Positions 1-9,631 of a stretch of 64,000 bases of DNA are shown here, piece by piece. The position numbers and the translations under genes were made by a program. Location: contig CAWFJJ010000030.1 of NCBI GenBank assembly GCA_963816185.1, forward strand, positions 384,001 through 448,000. Reading direction: 5' to 3'. Each line of letters opens with the position of its first letter. Position 1 is the stretch's first letter. A model generated the notes under the pieces. The model saw nothing but the letters and a program-made list of their open reading frames with translations. It searched no databases and had not been told where the DNA came from. The stretch is from Thermoanaerobaculia bacterium (GTDB lineage: Bacteria; Acidobacteriota; Thermoanaerobaculia; UBA5066).

Positions 1-2781
1 CACGTCGGAAGGTGCGAGTCCCGTCGTGGGCTCGTCGAAGATGAAGAGCACCGGCTCGTCCGGGCCGCCGCCCTTCAGGAACGAGGCGATCTTCAGCCGC
101 TGCGCCTCGCCGCCCGAAAGCGTTCCCGTGGACTGGCCGAGCGTCAGGTAGGAGAGCCCTGCTTCCGCGAGAGGCTGGAGCCGGTCCGAGATGGCCCGCA
201 CGTCGGCGAAGAGCTCGCGCGCCTCCTCGACAGTCGTGGCGAGAAGCTCGTCCACGTTCCGGCCCCGCAGCCTCACCGCGAGCACCTCGGGCTTGAACCG
301 TCTCCCGTCGCACACGTCACACACGACCGTCACGTCGGCGAGGAACTGCATGTCGACGTTCACCACGCCGGCGCCCTCGCAGCGCTCGCACCTTCCACCG
401 GGCGCGTTGAAGCTGAAAGCGCCCTTCTCCAGGCCGCGCGCCTTCGCGGCTGGCGTGCGCGCGAGAAGCGTCCGGATCTCGTCCCAGGCTTTCGTGTAGG
501 TGGCCGCGTTCGAGCGAGAAGAGCGCCCCAGCGGCGACTGGTCCACGAGGATGACATCCGAGACCACGTCGAGCCCCTCGATCGCGTCGTGGGCGCCGAC
601 CTCGTCCACGCCCGGGAGGAGCCCCTTCCCCATGCGCTGCCGGGCGCCGGCCGCGAGCACGTCCACGACGAGCGACGACTTCCCCGAGCCCGACACGCCC
701 GACACGGCGACGAGCTGGTGAAGGGGGAAGTCGACGGATATGTTCTGAAGATTATTTGCTCGCGCACCCACGACACGGAGCGCTTCGACGGGACTCAGTT
801 GCAGACGGCCAGAAGGTAGTTTCTTAGAAGGTGAATATGGGCCGGGGCTCTCGGTGGCGACGCGCGCGCCGACTCCGACACCCGGCTCGAGCGCCGGAGA
901 GCTCATACCCCCTTCTAAGAAAGCGCCGAAGGCGCTCGGCATTTCCGCCGCCATGAGTTCACCCGCATCGGAGAGCCCGTACGGTCTGTTTCCTTCCGAA
1001 GCAAGAATTCCTTTCCTTTCCTCGGTCTCCCTCCTCAACGATCTCCCGGTAACCGTGTCTGCCTCTTCCAGCTCTTCCGGCGTCCCCTCGAACACGAGCC
1101 GCCCGCCGCGCGCTCCCGCGCCCGGCCCGAGATCGATGACGTGGTCGGCCGCGCGGATGACGTCCGTGTCGTGCTCGACGGCGACGACGGCGTTGCCGCC
1201 CGCCGCAAGTCGCTCGAGAACGCCGAGGAGCCGGTGCGTGTCGCGGGGATGGAGGCCGACCGTAGGCTCGTCGAGGACGTAGAGCGTGCCGGTGAGGGCG
1301 TTGCCGATCGCCGCTCCGAGCTGGATCCGCTGGGCTTCGCCGCCCGAGAGCGTGCGCATCGTGCGTGCGAGCGTGAGGTACCCGAGCCCGATCTCGACGA
1401 GCGTTCCGACGCGCCGCCGGAGGTCCTCGACGAGCGACGCTCCCCGCGCGCGTTCCTGCACGCCGGGGAGAGCTCCCGCCAGAAAGATGAGCAGCTCGTC
1501 GAGCGTGAGCGCGGCGACGTCCGCGATCGTCTTGCCCGCGAGCGTGACCGCGAGGGCCTCGCTCCTCAGGCGCGCTCCGCCGCAGGAGGGACACGGCGTG
1601 TAGCCGCGATACCGCGACAAGAGGACCCGGACGTGTACCTTGTACCGCTTCTTCTCGAGGTACTTGAAGAGCCCCTCGACGCCGTACCACTCGCCCGAGC
1701 CCTTCCAGACGACGTCGCGCTCCCGCGGTGTCAGGTCGTTCCACGGCACGTCCCACCGCAGCTTGTGGCGCCGCGAAACCGCCTTCAGATCGTCGTAGGC
1801 GCTCTCATACGCGGGCGAATTGAACGGCGCGATCGGCCGCTCGCGGAGCGACTTCCTCCCGTCCGGGATGACGCGCGCCGCGTCGATGCCCGTCACGCGC
1901 CCGAAGCCCTGGCACGTCTCGCACGCGCCACGCGGCGAGTTGAAGGAAAAGAGGGCCGGAACGGGATCCTGGAACGAGCGGCCGCAGACATCGCACGAGA
2001 GACCCCGGCGAAAGCGGCGCGCCGAGGCAAGGTCCTTTCCGGCCTCGAGAACCAGGAGCTCACTGTCCGCGGCGTCGAATGCCATCGAAAGTGAAGAGAG
2101 AATTTCCGGATCGTCCGCGCGAAGGACGTGGCGGCCGATCAGCAGTGGAAACGCGTCCCGATACGCCGCCTCCCCCATCTCCTTTTCATTCGAAGAGATT
2201 TCCAGAACGTCTCCCGAAGCGGAGACATAGCGGTAAAAGCCGAGCCGTCTCCATTCCGCACTCTCCGCCTCGAACGACTGAACTCTCTTTGGCGCGATCA
2301 CGAGCAGCCGCGCTCCCTCGCCGAAGGACTCGAGGAGAGCCTCGCGGACGCTCTCGGCCGTATGCCGGCGCACGGGCGTCCCATCGTCCGGGCAGCGCAG
2401 CGTTCCCGCGGCCGCGTAGAGGAGGCGGAGGACGTCGTGGATCTCGGTCGCGGTCCCGACCGTGGACCGGGCCGAGCGCGCGGGCGCCTTCTGCTCGATC
2501 GCGAGCGCGGGCAGGACGTGCTCGATGAGGTCGACGTCGGGGCGCTCGAGCCTCTCGAGGTATTGCCGCGCATACGTGGACATGGACTCCACGAACCGGC
2601 GCTGGCCTTCGGCGTAGAGCGTGTCGAACGCGAGCGAGGACTTCCCCGAGCCGGAAGGGCCGGTGACGACCGTGAGCGCGCCCACCGGAAAAGCGCACGT
2701 CACGTTCTTGAGGTTGTGCGTACGTGCGTTCACGACCGTGATCGCAGACGCGGCGCGCGACGCGGGGCGCGCGTCGCTCAC
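1..2781 (-). CDS. uvrA: Excinuclease ABC subunit A (3' end runs off the window)
   Basis: Translated by hand, since it is not in the ORF track. GTG at 2781 overlaps the upstream TGA. Shows NARTHNLKNV, GPSGSGKSSLAFDTLYAEGQRRFVESMS, zinc-finger CxxC motifs, LSGGEAQRI, a second ABC domain GARANNLQNISVDFPL/GVSGSGKSS and LSGGEAQRLK. Has an in-frame extra segment at ~790-1020. Confidence 0.95.
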   Translation of the reverse strand, partial: MSDARPASRAASAITVVNARTHNLKNVTCAFPVGALTVVTGPSGSGKSSLAFDTLYAEGQRRFVESMSTYARQYLERLERPDVDLIEHVLPALAIEQKAPARSARSTVGTATEIHDVLRLLYAAAGTLRCPDDGTPVRRHTAESVREALLESFGEGARLLVIAPKRVQSFEAESAEWRRLGFYRYVSASGDVLEISSNEKEMGEAAYRDAFPLLIGRHVLRADDPEILSSLSMAFDAADSELLVLEAGKDLASARRFRRGLSCDVCGRSFQDPVPALFSFNSPRGACETCQGFGRVTGIDAARVIPDGRKSLRERPIAPFNSPAYESAYDDLKAVSRRHKLRWDVPWNDLTPRERDVVWKGSGEWYGVEGLFKYLEKKRYKVHVRVLLSRYRGYTPCPSCGGARLRSEALAVTLAGKTIADVAALTLDELLIFLAGALPGVQERARGASLVEDLRRRVGTLVEIGLGYLTLARTMRTLSGGEAQRIQLGAAIGNALTGTLYVLDEPTVGLHPRDTHRLLGVLERLAAGGNAVVAVEHDTDVIRAADHVIDLGPGAGARGGRLVFEGTPEELEEADTVTGRSLRRETEERKGILASEGNRPYGLSDAGELMAAEMPSAFGAFLEGGMSSPALEPGVGVGARVATESPGPYSPSKKLPSGRLQLSPVEALRVVGARANNLQNISVDFPLHQLVAVSGVSGSGKSSLVVDVLAAGARQRMGKGLLPGVDEVGAHDAIEGLDVVSDVILVDQSPLGRSSRSNAATYTKAWDEIRTLLARTPAAKARGLEKGAFSFNAPGGRCERCEGAGVVNVDMQFLADVTVVCDVCDGRRFKPEVLAVRLRGRNVDELLATTVEEARELFADVRAISDRLQPLAEAGLSYLTLGQSTGTLSGGEAQRLKIASFLKGGGPDEPVLFIFDEPTTGLAPSDV
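820..922. repeat. Inverted motif pair (locus A), in-frame inside uvrA
   Basis: TTTCTTAGAAGGTGAATA (820-837) ... ATACCCCCTTCTAAGAAA (905-922); reads FLEGGMS...PYSPSKK in UvrA. Confidence 0.85.
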
Positions 2782-3353
2782 CGCGAGAACACCGCGAGCT
2801 GGTTCAGGCCGAGGAGAAAACGCCGGTAGAGGACGAGGGAGACGCCAGCCGAACGGCCCGCCTCCTCGAGGGCCGCCCGGCCCAGAAGCGTCTCGTGCTC
2901 GTCGCGGGCGTGCGGCGAGAGGAGGCCGAGGGCCGCGCCCGCCTCCAGGGGCCAGCGGCCGATCGGATGGGGGGTCGTCGCGATCAGGCGGCCCCCCGGA
3001 GAGAGAAGCGGAGAGAGCCGGGAGAGGACGGCGGCAGGGTCCGCGACGTGCTCGAGGACGGCGAGCAGAAGGATTCCTTCGAATGGTCCTTCGCGGACGA
3101 GCGGCGGCGGCGCCTCGGCGCGGGCAATATCCCATTCGAAGAAATCTCTGTTTGGAAATTTCCCGCGCTGGGCCGCCAGCACGTCCGCGTCGCGGTCGCA
3201 TCCGAAATAGACGGGGACGAGGGCTGCGAGGTCCGTCAGCCCGCACCCGACGTCGAGGACGCGCGCGCCGGGAGGCACGTGCGGAAGCGCGGCTGCAAGG
3301 CGCGCCGCCCCGACGCGCACCGTGAGACGTCCGTAGAAAGGCGAGCGCGGCAC
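2778..3353 (-). CDS. Class I SAM-dependent methyltransferase
   Basis: RVLDVGCG motif I, AVLEHVADP, LSPGGRLIATTP. Confidence 0.85.
   Translation of the reverse strand: MPRSPFYGRLTVRVGAARLAAALPHVPPGARVLDVGCGLTDLAALVPVYFGCDRDADVLAAQRGKFPNRDFFEWDIARAEAPPPLVREGPFEGILLLAVLEHVADPAAVLSRLSPLLSPGGRLIATTPHPIGRWPLEAGAALGLLSPHARDEHETLLGRAALEEAGRSAGVSLVLYRRFLLGLNQLAVFSR
3071..3148. repeat. Degenerate inverted motif pair (locus B) inside the methyltransferase
   Basis: GGATTCCTTCGAATGGT (3071-3087) ... CCCATTCGAAGAAATCTC (3131-3148). Confidence 0.55.
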
Positions 3354-3393
3354 CGCGGGGTTTTACACCCTCCAACGTAAGATCGTAGGCCGA

Positions 3394-3879
3394 ATGAGCA
3401 AGGCCCCGTTCACCCTTCGCGAGGCGCGGCCGTCGGACGTGGACGCAATCGTCTCCCTGATCCGCGCCCTCGCCGAGTACGAGAGACAGCCGGAGGATTG
3501 CCACGCCGACGCGAAGCTCCTCGAGGAGCATCTCTTCGGAGAAAAGCGTTTCGCCGAAGTCGTTCTCGCGGAAATGAACGGTGAGACGGTCGGCTTCGCG
3601 CTTTTCTTCCACAACTACTCGACCTGGCTCACGCGGCCCGGCCTCTATCTCGAAGATCTTTTCGTGACGCCCGAACGCCGGGGGCTCGGCATCGGCGAGG
3701 CGCTCCTGACGCATCTCGCGCGGCTGGCGGTGGCCCGCGGCTGCGGGCGAATGGAGTGGAGCGTGCTCACGTGGAACGAGCCGGCGATCCGTTTCTACCT
3801 TCGGCTCGGGGCGGTTCCGATGGAGGGGTGGCAGGTCTACCGGCTCGCCGGAGACGCGCTCGCCCGTCTCGGGCGATAA
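3394..3879 (+). CDS. GNAT N-acetyltransferase (diamine acetyltransferase/SSAT-like)
   Basis: LAEYER, FHNYSTW, LYLEDLFV, RRGLGIG, RMEWSVLTWNEPAIRFY. Confidence 0.9.
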   Translation: MSKAPFTLREARPSDVDAIVSLIRALAEYERQPEDCHADAKLLEEHLFGEKRFAEVVLAEMNGETVGFALFFHNYSTWLTRPGLYLEDLFVTPERRGLGIGEALLTHLARLAVARGCGRMEWSVLTWNEPAIRFYLRLGAVPMEGWQVYRLAGDALARLGR

Positions 3880-3883
3880 TCCG

Positions 3884-5674
3884 GTGGACTCCGAGGTCAA
3901 GACCGTGCAGAAGAGCCGATCACAGACGGACACGCAACCCATCCGCGTCCGCGAAGGACGGAAGGGATCGGGCGTCATCAGGCGTCCCGTGTCCCTGCTC
4001 ATCGATTCTCCCGACCCCACGGCTCTCTTCGACCGCACGGGCCGCGTCCTTCTCGCAAACGAGGCCGCACTCGCCGAAGGCACGCCCGGCCCCGGCAATC
4101 TCGACGAGGCGCCCGGGAGCTCACCGCCGTTCTGGATCACGCCGCCGGGGCGCGACAGCCTCATCGAGGCCGCGGCGAGCCCCGAAGGAGCGAAGAACTT
4201 CGAGGTCCGGATCCCGGCAGGACCCGAGACGGGCGAGCGCGTGTTCTGGGTGACGACGCGCCTCGCCTCGCAGGCGGCCGAAGGGGGATTCATCGCCGCG
4301 GCCCGCGAGGTGACCGGCGCAGCCGGTGAGAAGCTCCGCACCGACTCGGCGGACACCGTGACCGAGCCCGCCGACGCGCTGACGGGCTTCGCGAACCGTG
4401 AGCAGTTTCACTTCGAGCTCGAGCGCGAGCTGGCCCGCGCGGACCTTTTCGGAAGGCCGCTTGCTCTCATCGTCATCGGGCTCGACAACTTCAAGACCTT
4501 GAACGACACCCACGGGCTTCGCGCGGGAGACGAGTATCTCCGCTCCATGGCCGAGACTTTCCGCGGCACCCTCCTCGGGGGAGAGACCGCCGGCCGAGTG
4601 GGGGGCGACGAGATCGCGGTCCTGCTTCCCGGCGCCTCCGCGGCCGAAGCCGCGCCGCGCGCCGAGACCCTCATCGCGCTCATTCGCCGGATGGCGCCCC
4701 TGTGGGAGGGCAATTCGCTCACGCTCACCGCGAGCGCGGGCGTCGCCGTGTTTCCCGAACACGCGGGCGGCGCCGCGGACCTGTTCCTCGCGGCCGACCT
4801 CGCGATGCATCAGGCCAAGCGCCGCGGCGGCGGCCGCGTGCGCCTTCACGACCCGTCGGACCGCGAGCGGGACCGCACCGGTCGGCTCCGCGAGCAGTCG
4901 AACCGCATCCGCGCGTCGCTGGCCGAGTCGCGCTTCGTCCCCTACTTTCAGCCCGTGGCCGAGGTCGGAAGCGGTCGCATCGTGGCCGTCGAGACGCTCG
5001 CCCGCATGCGGGAGTCCGACGGACGCATCGCGCTTCCCGCCGAGTTTCTCGGAGCCGCCGAGCGCTTCGGCATCGTGACGGCGATCGACCGCGCCATCAT
5101 CGCGGCCGCCTTCGACGCCCTCGCGGCGGCCCGCAAGCGCATCAGCCCCGAGCTCGAGATCGGCATCAACCTCTCGGGCCTGGACTTCGACGACGACACG
5201 CTCGTCGCCGACATCTCGCGGATGGCCCGAGCCAAGGGCATCCGCCCGGAGCGCGTCACGTTCGAGATCACCGAGACGGCCGCGCTGCGCGACTTCGACC
5301 GCGTGCGGGACTTCACGCTCGCGCTCACGGGAGAGGGCTTCCACTTCGCGCTCGACGACTTCGGCATGGGCTTCTCCTCGTTCCGCTATCTCCGCGAGCT
5401 GCCCGTCTCCTCTCTCAAGCTCGACATCAGCTACGTGAGGGACCTCCCGAAGGACAAGGCGAACCGCGTCTTCGTGCGGGGCATGGCGGGCATCTGCCGC
5501 GGCCTCGGCGTCAAGACCGTGGCCGAGGGCGTGGAATCGGAGGAAGTCCTCGACCTCCTGCCCGAGCTCGGCGTGGACCGGGCCCAGGGGTGGCACGTGG
5601 GCTATCCGTCGCCGGACCTTCCGGTCGTCGAAACCGGCGCGAGTCTCATCCTGCCGCGGAGGCCGCGGCCCTGA
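3884..5674 (+). CDS. PAS-like/GGDEF/EAL c-di-GMP turnover protein
   Basis: DALTGFANR, RVGGDEI, FQP, ETLAR, EITE, DDFGMG, KLD, AEGVE, QG. Confidence 0.9.
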   Translation: MDSEVKTVQKSRSQTDTQPIRVREGRKGSGVIRRPVSLLIDSPDPTALFDRTGRVLLANEAALAEGTPGPGNLDEAPGSSPPFWITPPGRDSLIEAAASPEGAKNFEVRIPAGPETGERVFWVTTRLASQAAEGGFIAAAREVTGAAGEKLRTDSADTVTEPADALTGFANREQFHFELERELARADLFGRPLALIVIGLDNFKTLNDTHGLRAGDEYLRSMAETFRGTLLGGETAGRVGGDEIAVLLPGASAAEAAPRAETLIALIRRMAPLWEGNSLTLTASAGVAVFPEHAGGAADLFLAADLAMHQAKRRGGGRVRLHDPSDRERDRTGRLREQSNRIRASLAESRFVPYFQPVAEVGSGRIVAVETLARMRESDGRIALPAEFLGAAERFGIVTAIDRAIIAAAFDALAAARKRISPELEIGINLSGLDFDDDTLVADISRMARAKGIRPERVTFEITETAALRDFDRVRDFTLALTGEGFHFALDDFGMGFSSFRYLRELPVSSLKLDISYVRDLPKDKANRVFVRGMAGICRGLGVKTVAEGVESEEVLDLLPELGVDRAQGWHVGYPSPDLPVVETGASLILPRRPRP

Positions 5675-7380
5675 TCCGTCCGCGGCGGGGCCCCGCGGGG
5701 CGCGCGTCGGGCCTCGCAGTGGACGCCCTGCTCTTCGTCGTGCTCGGCGCGCTCGTCGCGGGCGTCGTCTCCCTCGCCCAGCGCTGGCACGCGCCGATCC
5801 GACCGGCGGTCGAGATCGACCTTTCTCCTTCGGCGCTGCCCCTCTACACGCTTCTCTCGCTCTCGCGCGGGTTCGCGGCGTACGTGCTTTCCCTCGCGTT
5901 CACGCTCGTCTACGGCACGATCGCCGCGCACGACAGACGCGCCGAGAAAGTGATGCTGCCGCTCCTCGACATCGGGCAGGGAATTCCGGTGCTCGGATTC
6001 CTCCCGGGCCTCGTCCTCGGCATGGTCGCGCTCTTCCCGAAGACGAACGTCGGCCTCGAGCTCGCCTGCATCCTCATGATCTTCACGGCACAGGTCTGGA
6101 ACATGACGTTCTCGTACGTAGGCTCGCTGCGCTCGATTCCGGAAGAGCTCCGCGAAGTCGCGCGCCTCCATCGCTTCTCATTCTGGAAGCGCTTCCGGAC
6201 TTTGGAAGTGTCGGCCTCGGTGATCGGCCTCGTGTGGAACTCGATGATGTCCATGGCGGGCGGCTGGTTCTTCCTCACGGTCAACGAGGCGTTCACGCTC
6301 GGCGACCGCGACTTCCGCCTGCCGGGGATCGGCTCGTACATGGCCGTCGCGATCGAGAAGGGCGACCGGCGGGCCATGGCGTGGGCGATCGTCGCGATGA
6401 CGGTCATGATCGTGGCCGTCGATCAGGTCCTCTGGCGCCCGCTCGTCGCGTGGTCGCAGCGTTTTCGCATGGCGGACGTCGAGGGAGAGGACGCGCCGGA
6501 GTCTTGGGTGCTGAACCTCCTGCGCCGTTCGAGGTTCCTGCGCAGGATGCGCCTGAGGAGGAGGCGGCGCCCGCGGACGCCGGCTCCGCCGGCGAGCGCG
6601 GGGACGGTGCCGAGCGGCGCGGGTGAGCGCGCCCGGGCGGCCCTCGTCTCCGGGCTCGGGATCGCTGCCTTCCTCGCAGCGCTCCTCGGAGCGTGGAAGC
6701 TCGTCGGGCTTCTCGCCCGCGTTCCAGCCGCCAAATGGCTCGTCCTCGCCGGCGCCGTCGGCGCGACGAGCGTCAGGACCTTCTCCGCCCTCGCGCTCGC
6801 GGCCGCCTGGACGCTGCCGCTCGGAATCCTGATCGGCCGTTCGGCCGTCTGGTCACGCCGGCTGCAGCCCGTCGTTCAGATCGTGGCGTCTTTTCCGGCA
6901 CCCATGCTCTTCCCGATCGTGACGGGCGTTCTTCTCGCGCTGCGGGTGCCGTTCGGCGCCATCGCGGCCGTGCTCATGCTCCTCGGCGCCCAGTGGTACA
7001 TCCTCTTCAACGTGCTCGCGGGCGCAAGCGCGATCCCGCACGACCTCGACGAAGCAGCCGACGTCTATGCGATGAAGGGCGGAACGCGCTGGCGGACGTT
7101 GTTCGTCCCCGCGGTGTTCCCGTTCCTCGTCACCGGGCTCGTGACGGCCGCCGGCGGCGCGTGGAATGCCTCGATCGTGGCCGAGACATTGAACTGGCGC
7201 GGGAAGACGCTCGAGGCGTTCGGGCTCGGCTCCCTCATCACGAGAGCCACGCGCGAAGCCGACTTCCCGCTCCTGACGGCCGGGGTCCTCACGATGTCTC
7301 TCGCCATCGTCGCCCTCAACCGCCTCGTCTGGAAGCGGCTCTACCGCCTCGCCGAGACGAAGTACAGTCTCAACCGATGA
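5671..7380 (+). CDS. NitT/TauT-family ABC transporter permease (two TM modules)
   Basis: C-terminal part of ORF 4702..7380: LLDIGQGIPVLGFLP, WNMTFS, WNSMMSMAGGWFFL, GGAWNASIVAE. The start is either CTG 5671 (overlapping the upstream TGA) or GTG 5719. Confidence 0.88.
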   Translation: MIRPRRGPAGRASGLAVDALLFVVLGALVAGVVSLAQRWHAPIRPAVEIDLSPSALPLYTLLSLSRGFAAYVLSLAFTLVYGTIAAHDRRAEKVMLPLLDIGQGIPVLGFLPGLVLGMVALFPKTNVGLELACILMIFTAQVWNMTFSYVGSLRSIPEELREVARLHRFSFWKRFRTLEVSASVIGLVWNSMMSMAGGWFFLTVNEAFTLGDRDFRLPGIGSYMAVAIEKGDRRAMAWAIVAMTVMIVAVDQVLWRPLVAWSQRFRMADVEGEDAPESWVLNLLRRSRFLRRMRLRRRRRPRTPAPPASAGTVPSGAGERARAALVSGLGIAAFLAALLGAWKLVGLLARVPAAKWLVLAGAVGATSVRTFSALALAAAWTLPLGILIGRSAVWSRRLQPVVQIVASFPAPMLFPIVTGVLLALRVPFGAIAAVLMLLGAQWYILFNVLAGASAIPHDLDEAADVYAMKGGTRWRTLFVPAVFPFLVTGLVTAAGGAWNASIVAETLNWRGKTLEAFGLGSLITRATREADFPLLTAGVLTMSLAIVALNRLVWKRLYRLAETKYSLNR

Positions 7381-8726
7381 GCGCCCGTCCGGCCCCTGCC
7401 CCTGCGCCGCCGATCGCCGCCGTCCGCGGCGTGGACAAGGCCTACGCCGACGACGCGGGGCGCACGCGCACCATCCTGAAGAACATCGACTTCGAGGTGC
7501 GCGCGGGCGAGGTCGTTGCCATCCTCGGTCCTTCGGGCTGCGGGAAGTCCACACTTCTGCGAATCCTCATCGGCCTGATTCCGCCGAGCGCGGGCCGCGT
7601 GGAGCAGCACGGGGTGCCTCTCGAGGGCATCCACTCGGGTACGGCCGTCGTGTTCCAGAACTTCGCGCTCTTCCCCTGGCTGACCGTGGAGGAGAACGTG
7701 CGAGTGGGTCTGAACGGCAGGCCCCTGCCGCCGTCCCAGGCCGAGGGGCGCGTGAAGGCCTCGCTGAAGGCCGTCGGCCTGGAAGGGCACGAGCGCGCCT
7801 TCCCGAAGGAGCTTTCGGGCGGCATGAAGCAGCGCGTCGGAATCGCCCGCGCGCTGGTGGGCCGGCCGGAGCTCCTCTGCATGGACGAGCCTTTCTCGGC
7901 CCTCGACATCCTTACGGCAGAGCTGCTTCGCACCGAGGTCTACCGGCTCTTCACCGAGCGCGCGAGCGGCCTTTCCTCGGTCATCCTCATCACGCATCTC
8001 ATCGAGGAAGCCGTCTTCCTCGGAGACCGCATCGTGATCATGGGCGCGGATCCCGGCACGGTGCGCCGCGAGATCGTCAACACCGTGCCCCACCCGCGCG
8101 AGTACCGCAGAGACGATTTCCTCCGGATGGTCGAGCGGATCCACGACATCGTCGCGGGCGTCCACCTGCCCGAGATCGAGCAAATCGAGCCCGCGGCCCC
8201 CGCGCTGCCCGGACGCCGCCGGGCGGGTCCCGTCGCCCCTCTTCCGGCCGTGCCCATGGGCGAGATCCTCGGCCTCCTCGAGATCCTCGCCGACCACGAC
8301 GGCACCATGAACCTCTTCGACATCGACGCCATCACCGACTACGACTTCGGGCGGACGATCGCCGTCGCGAAGGCCGCCGAGATGCTCGACCTCGTCGACA
8401 CCCCGAAGAACGACGTCGTGCTGACGGATTTCGGCCGGAAGATGATCCGCGCCTCGGCCGCCGAACGGCCTGCCCTGCTCCGGGCCGAGCTCCTCACCCT
8501 CGGAACGTTCTGCCTCGTCATCCGGGAGCTCGCGAAGGAGCCCGACACGCCCGCCGCCGGAGACGCGCTGCGCGACCTCCTCGCCGAGCGCCTGCCGACC
8601 GTGGACGCTTCCGAGCTCTTCGAGACCCTCCTCAGCTGGGGCCGCGCGGGACAGCTCTTCGAATACGACGCGGCGGCCGACACGATCGCGCTTTTCTCGG
8701 GGCGGGAGGAAGGGACCGGAGGCTGA
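7377..8726 (+). CDS. NitT/TauT-family ABC ATP-binding protein with C-terminal AAA-associated domain
   Basis: ATGA overlap at 7377; GPSGCGKST, LSGGMKQRVG, MDEPFSALD, ITH; C-terminal extension ending LLSWGRAGQLFEYD. Confidence 0.92.
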   Translation: MSARPAPAPAPPIAAVRGVDKAYADDAGRTRTILKNIDFEVRAGEVVAILGPSGCGKSTLLRILIGLIPPSAGRVEQHGVPLEGIHSGTAVVFQNFALFPWLTVEENVRVGLNGRPLPPSQAEGRVKASLKAVGLEGHERAFPKELSGGMKQRVGIARALVGRPELLCMDEPFSALDILTAELLRTEVYRLFTERASGLSSVILITHLIEEAVFLGDRIVIMGADPGTVRREIVNTVPHPREYRRDDFLRMVERIHDIVAGVHLPEIEQIEPAAPALPGRRRAGPVAPLPAVPMGEILGLLEILADHDGTMNLFDIDAITDYDFGRTIAVAKAAEMLDLVDTPKNDVVLTDFGRKMIRASAAERPALLRAELLTLGTFCLVIRELAKEPDTPAAGDALRDLLAERLPTVDASELFETLLSWGRAGQLFEYDAAADTIALFSGREEGTGG

Positions 8727-8727
8727 C

Positions 8728-9603
8728 GTGGCCCCGCCCCCGCGCCTCGTCTCGCGAACCGCCGCCGCGCTTTCGGAACGACGCGCCCGGCTCGACGCGC
8801 TTCTCGCGCGCGTGTCGGGCCCGCCCGGAGGCGAGATGCTCCACGACCTGCGCGTCTCTCTGCGGCGGATCGCCGCGCTCGCGCGCCTGACGAGCGATGT
8901 CCCGCGGAAGGGGGCCGGAAAGGCCCTGAGGGCCGCGGCCCGCGATCTTCGTCGCGCGCTCTCCGTGCGACGCACGCAGGACGTTGCGCGAAGGCTCCTC
9001 CTTGCGCGCTTCCGGAGCGATCCACGCCGCCGGACGGTCGCCGTGCGCCTCGCCGCCCGCCTCGCGAAGGAAGGCGATCCCGGGCCGTCGCCGGAGCGGA
9101 CGCGTGCGCTTCTCGCCCGGCTGCGCCGAGCCTTCACGAGGCGCGACCTCGCGTTCGCACGGCTGCACGACCCGCTCACCGGCACGGCGGACGCGGACGC
9201 GGAGAAGAACCTCGCGAAATCTGTCCGGCGCCGTCTCCGTCGCGCCGCGAAGAGGCTGCGCGACGCCGGAACGCCCGGCCCGGCGGGACTTCACCCGGCC
9301 CGCATCATCGCCCGCGACCTCCGCTACGGGCTCGAGTTCGCCGGCGACGCGATGCCGGGTCCGGAAAAGCTCGTCCCGCTGCTCGCGGAGTTCCAGGACG
9401 CGGCGGGGCATGCTCACGATCTCGCCGAGCTCATCGCCGAAGTCCGGCGCCTCGCCGGAAGGTCCCGAGCCGCCGAGCGACGCGAAGCCCTTCGCCTCCT
9501 GCCCTCGCTGCTCGCGGCCGAGGAGCGCGCGGTCGCTCGCGCCCAGAGGTCTTCGCGGCGACTCCTCGCCCGGCTCGACCTCTCGGACCTCGAATGGTCC
9601 TGA
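8728..9603 (+). CDS. CHAD domain protein
   Basis: LHDLRVSLRR, LHPARIIARDLRYGLE, FQDAAGHAHDL; very basic and helical. Confidence 0.8.
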   Translation: MAPPPRLVSRTAAALSERRARLDALLARVSGPPGGEMLHDLRVSLRRIAALARLTSDVPRKGAGKALRAAARDLRRALSVRRTQDVARRLLLARFRSDPRRRTVAVRLAARLAKEGDPGPSPERTRALLARLRRAFTRRDLAFARLHDPLTGTADADAEKNLAKSVRRRLRRAAKRLRDAGTPGPAGLHPARIIARDLRYGLEFAGDAMPGPEKLVPLLAEFQDAAGHAHDLAELIAEVRRLAGRSRAAERREALRLLPSLLAAEERAVARAQRSSRRLLARLDLSDLEWS

Positions 9604-9631
9604 CGCGCCTCGACCTCGCGCGCCCGTCGTC

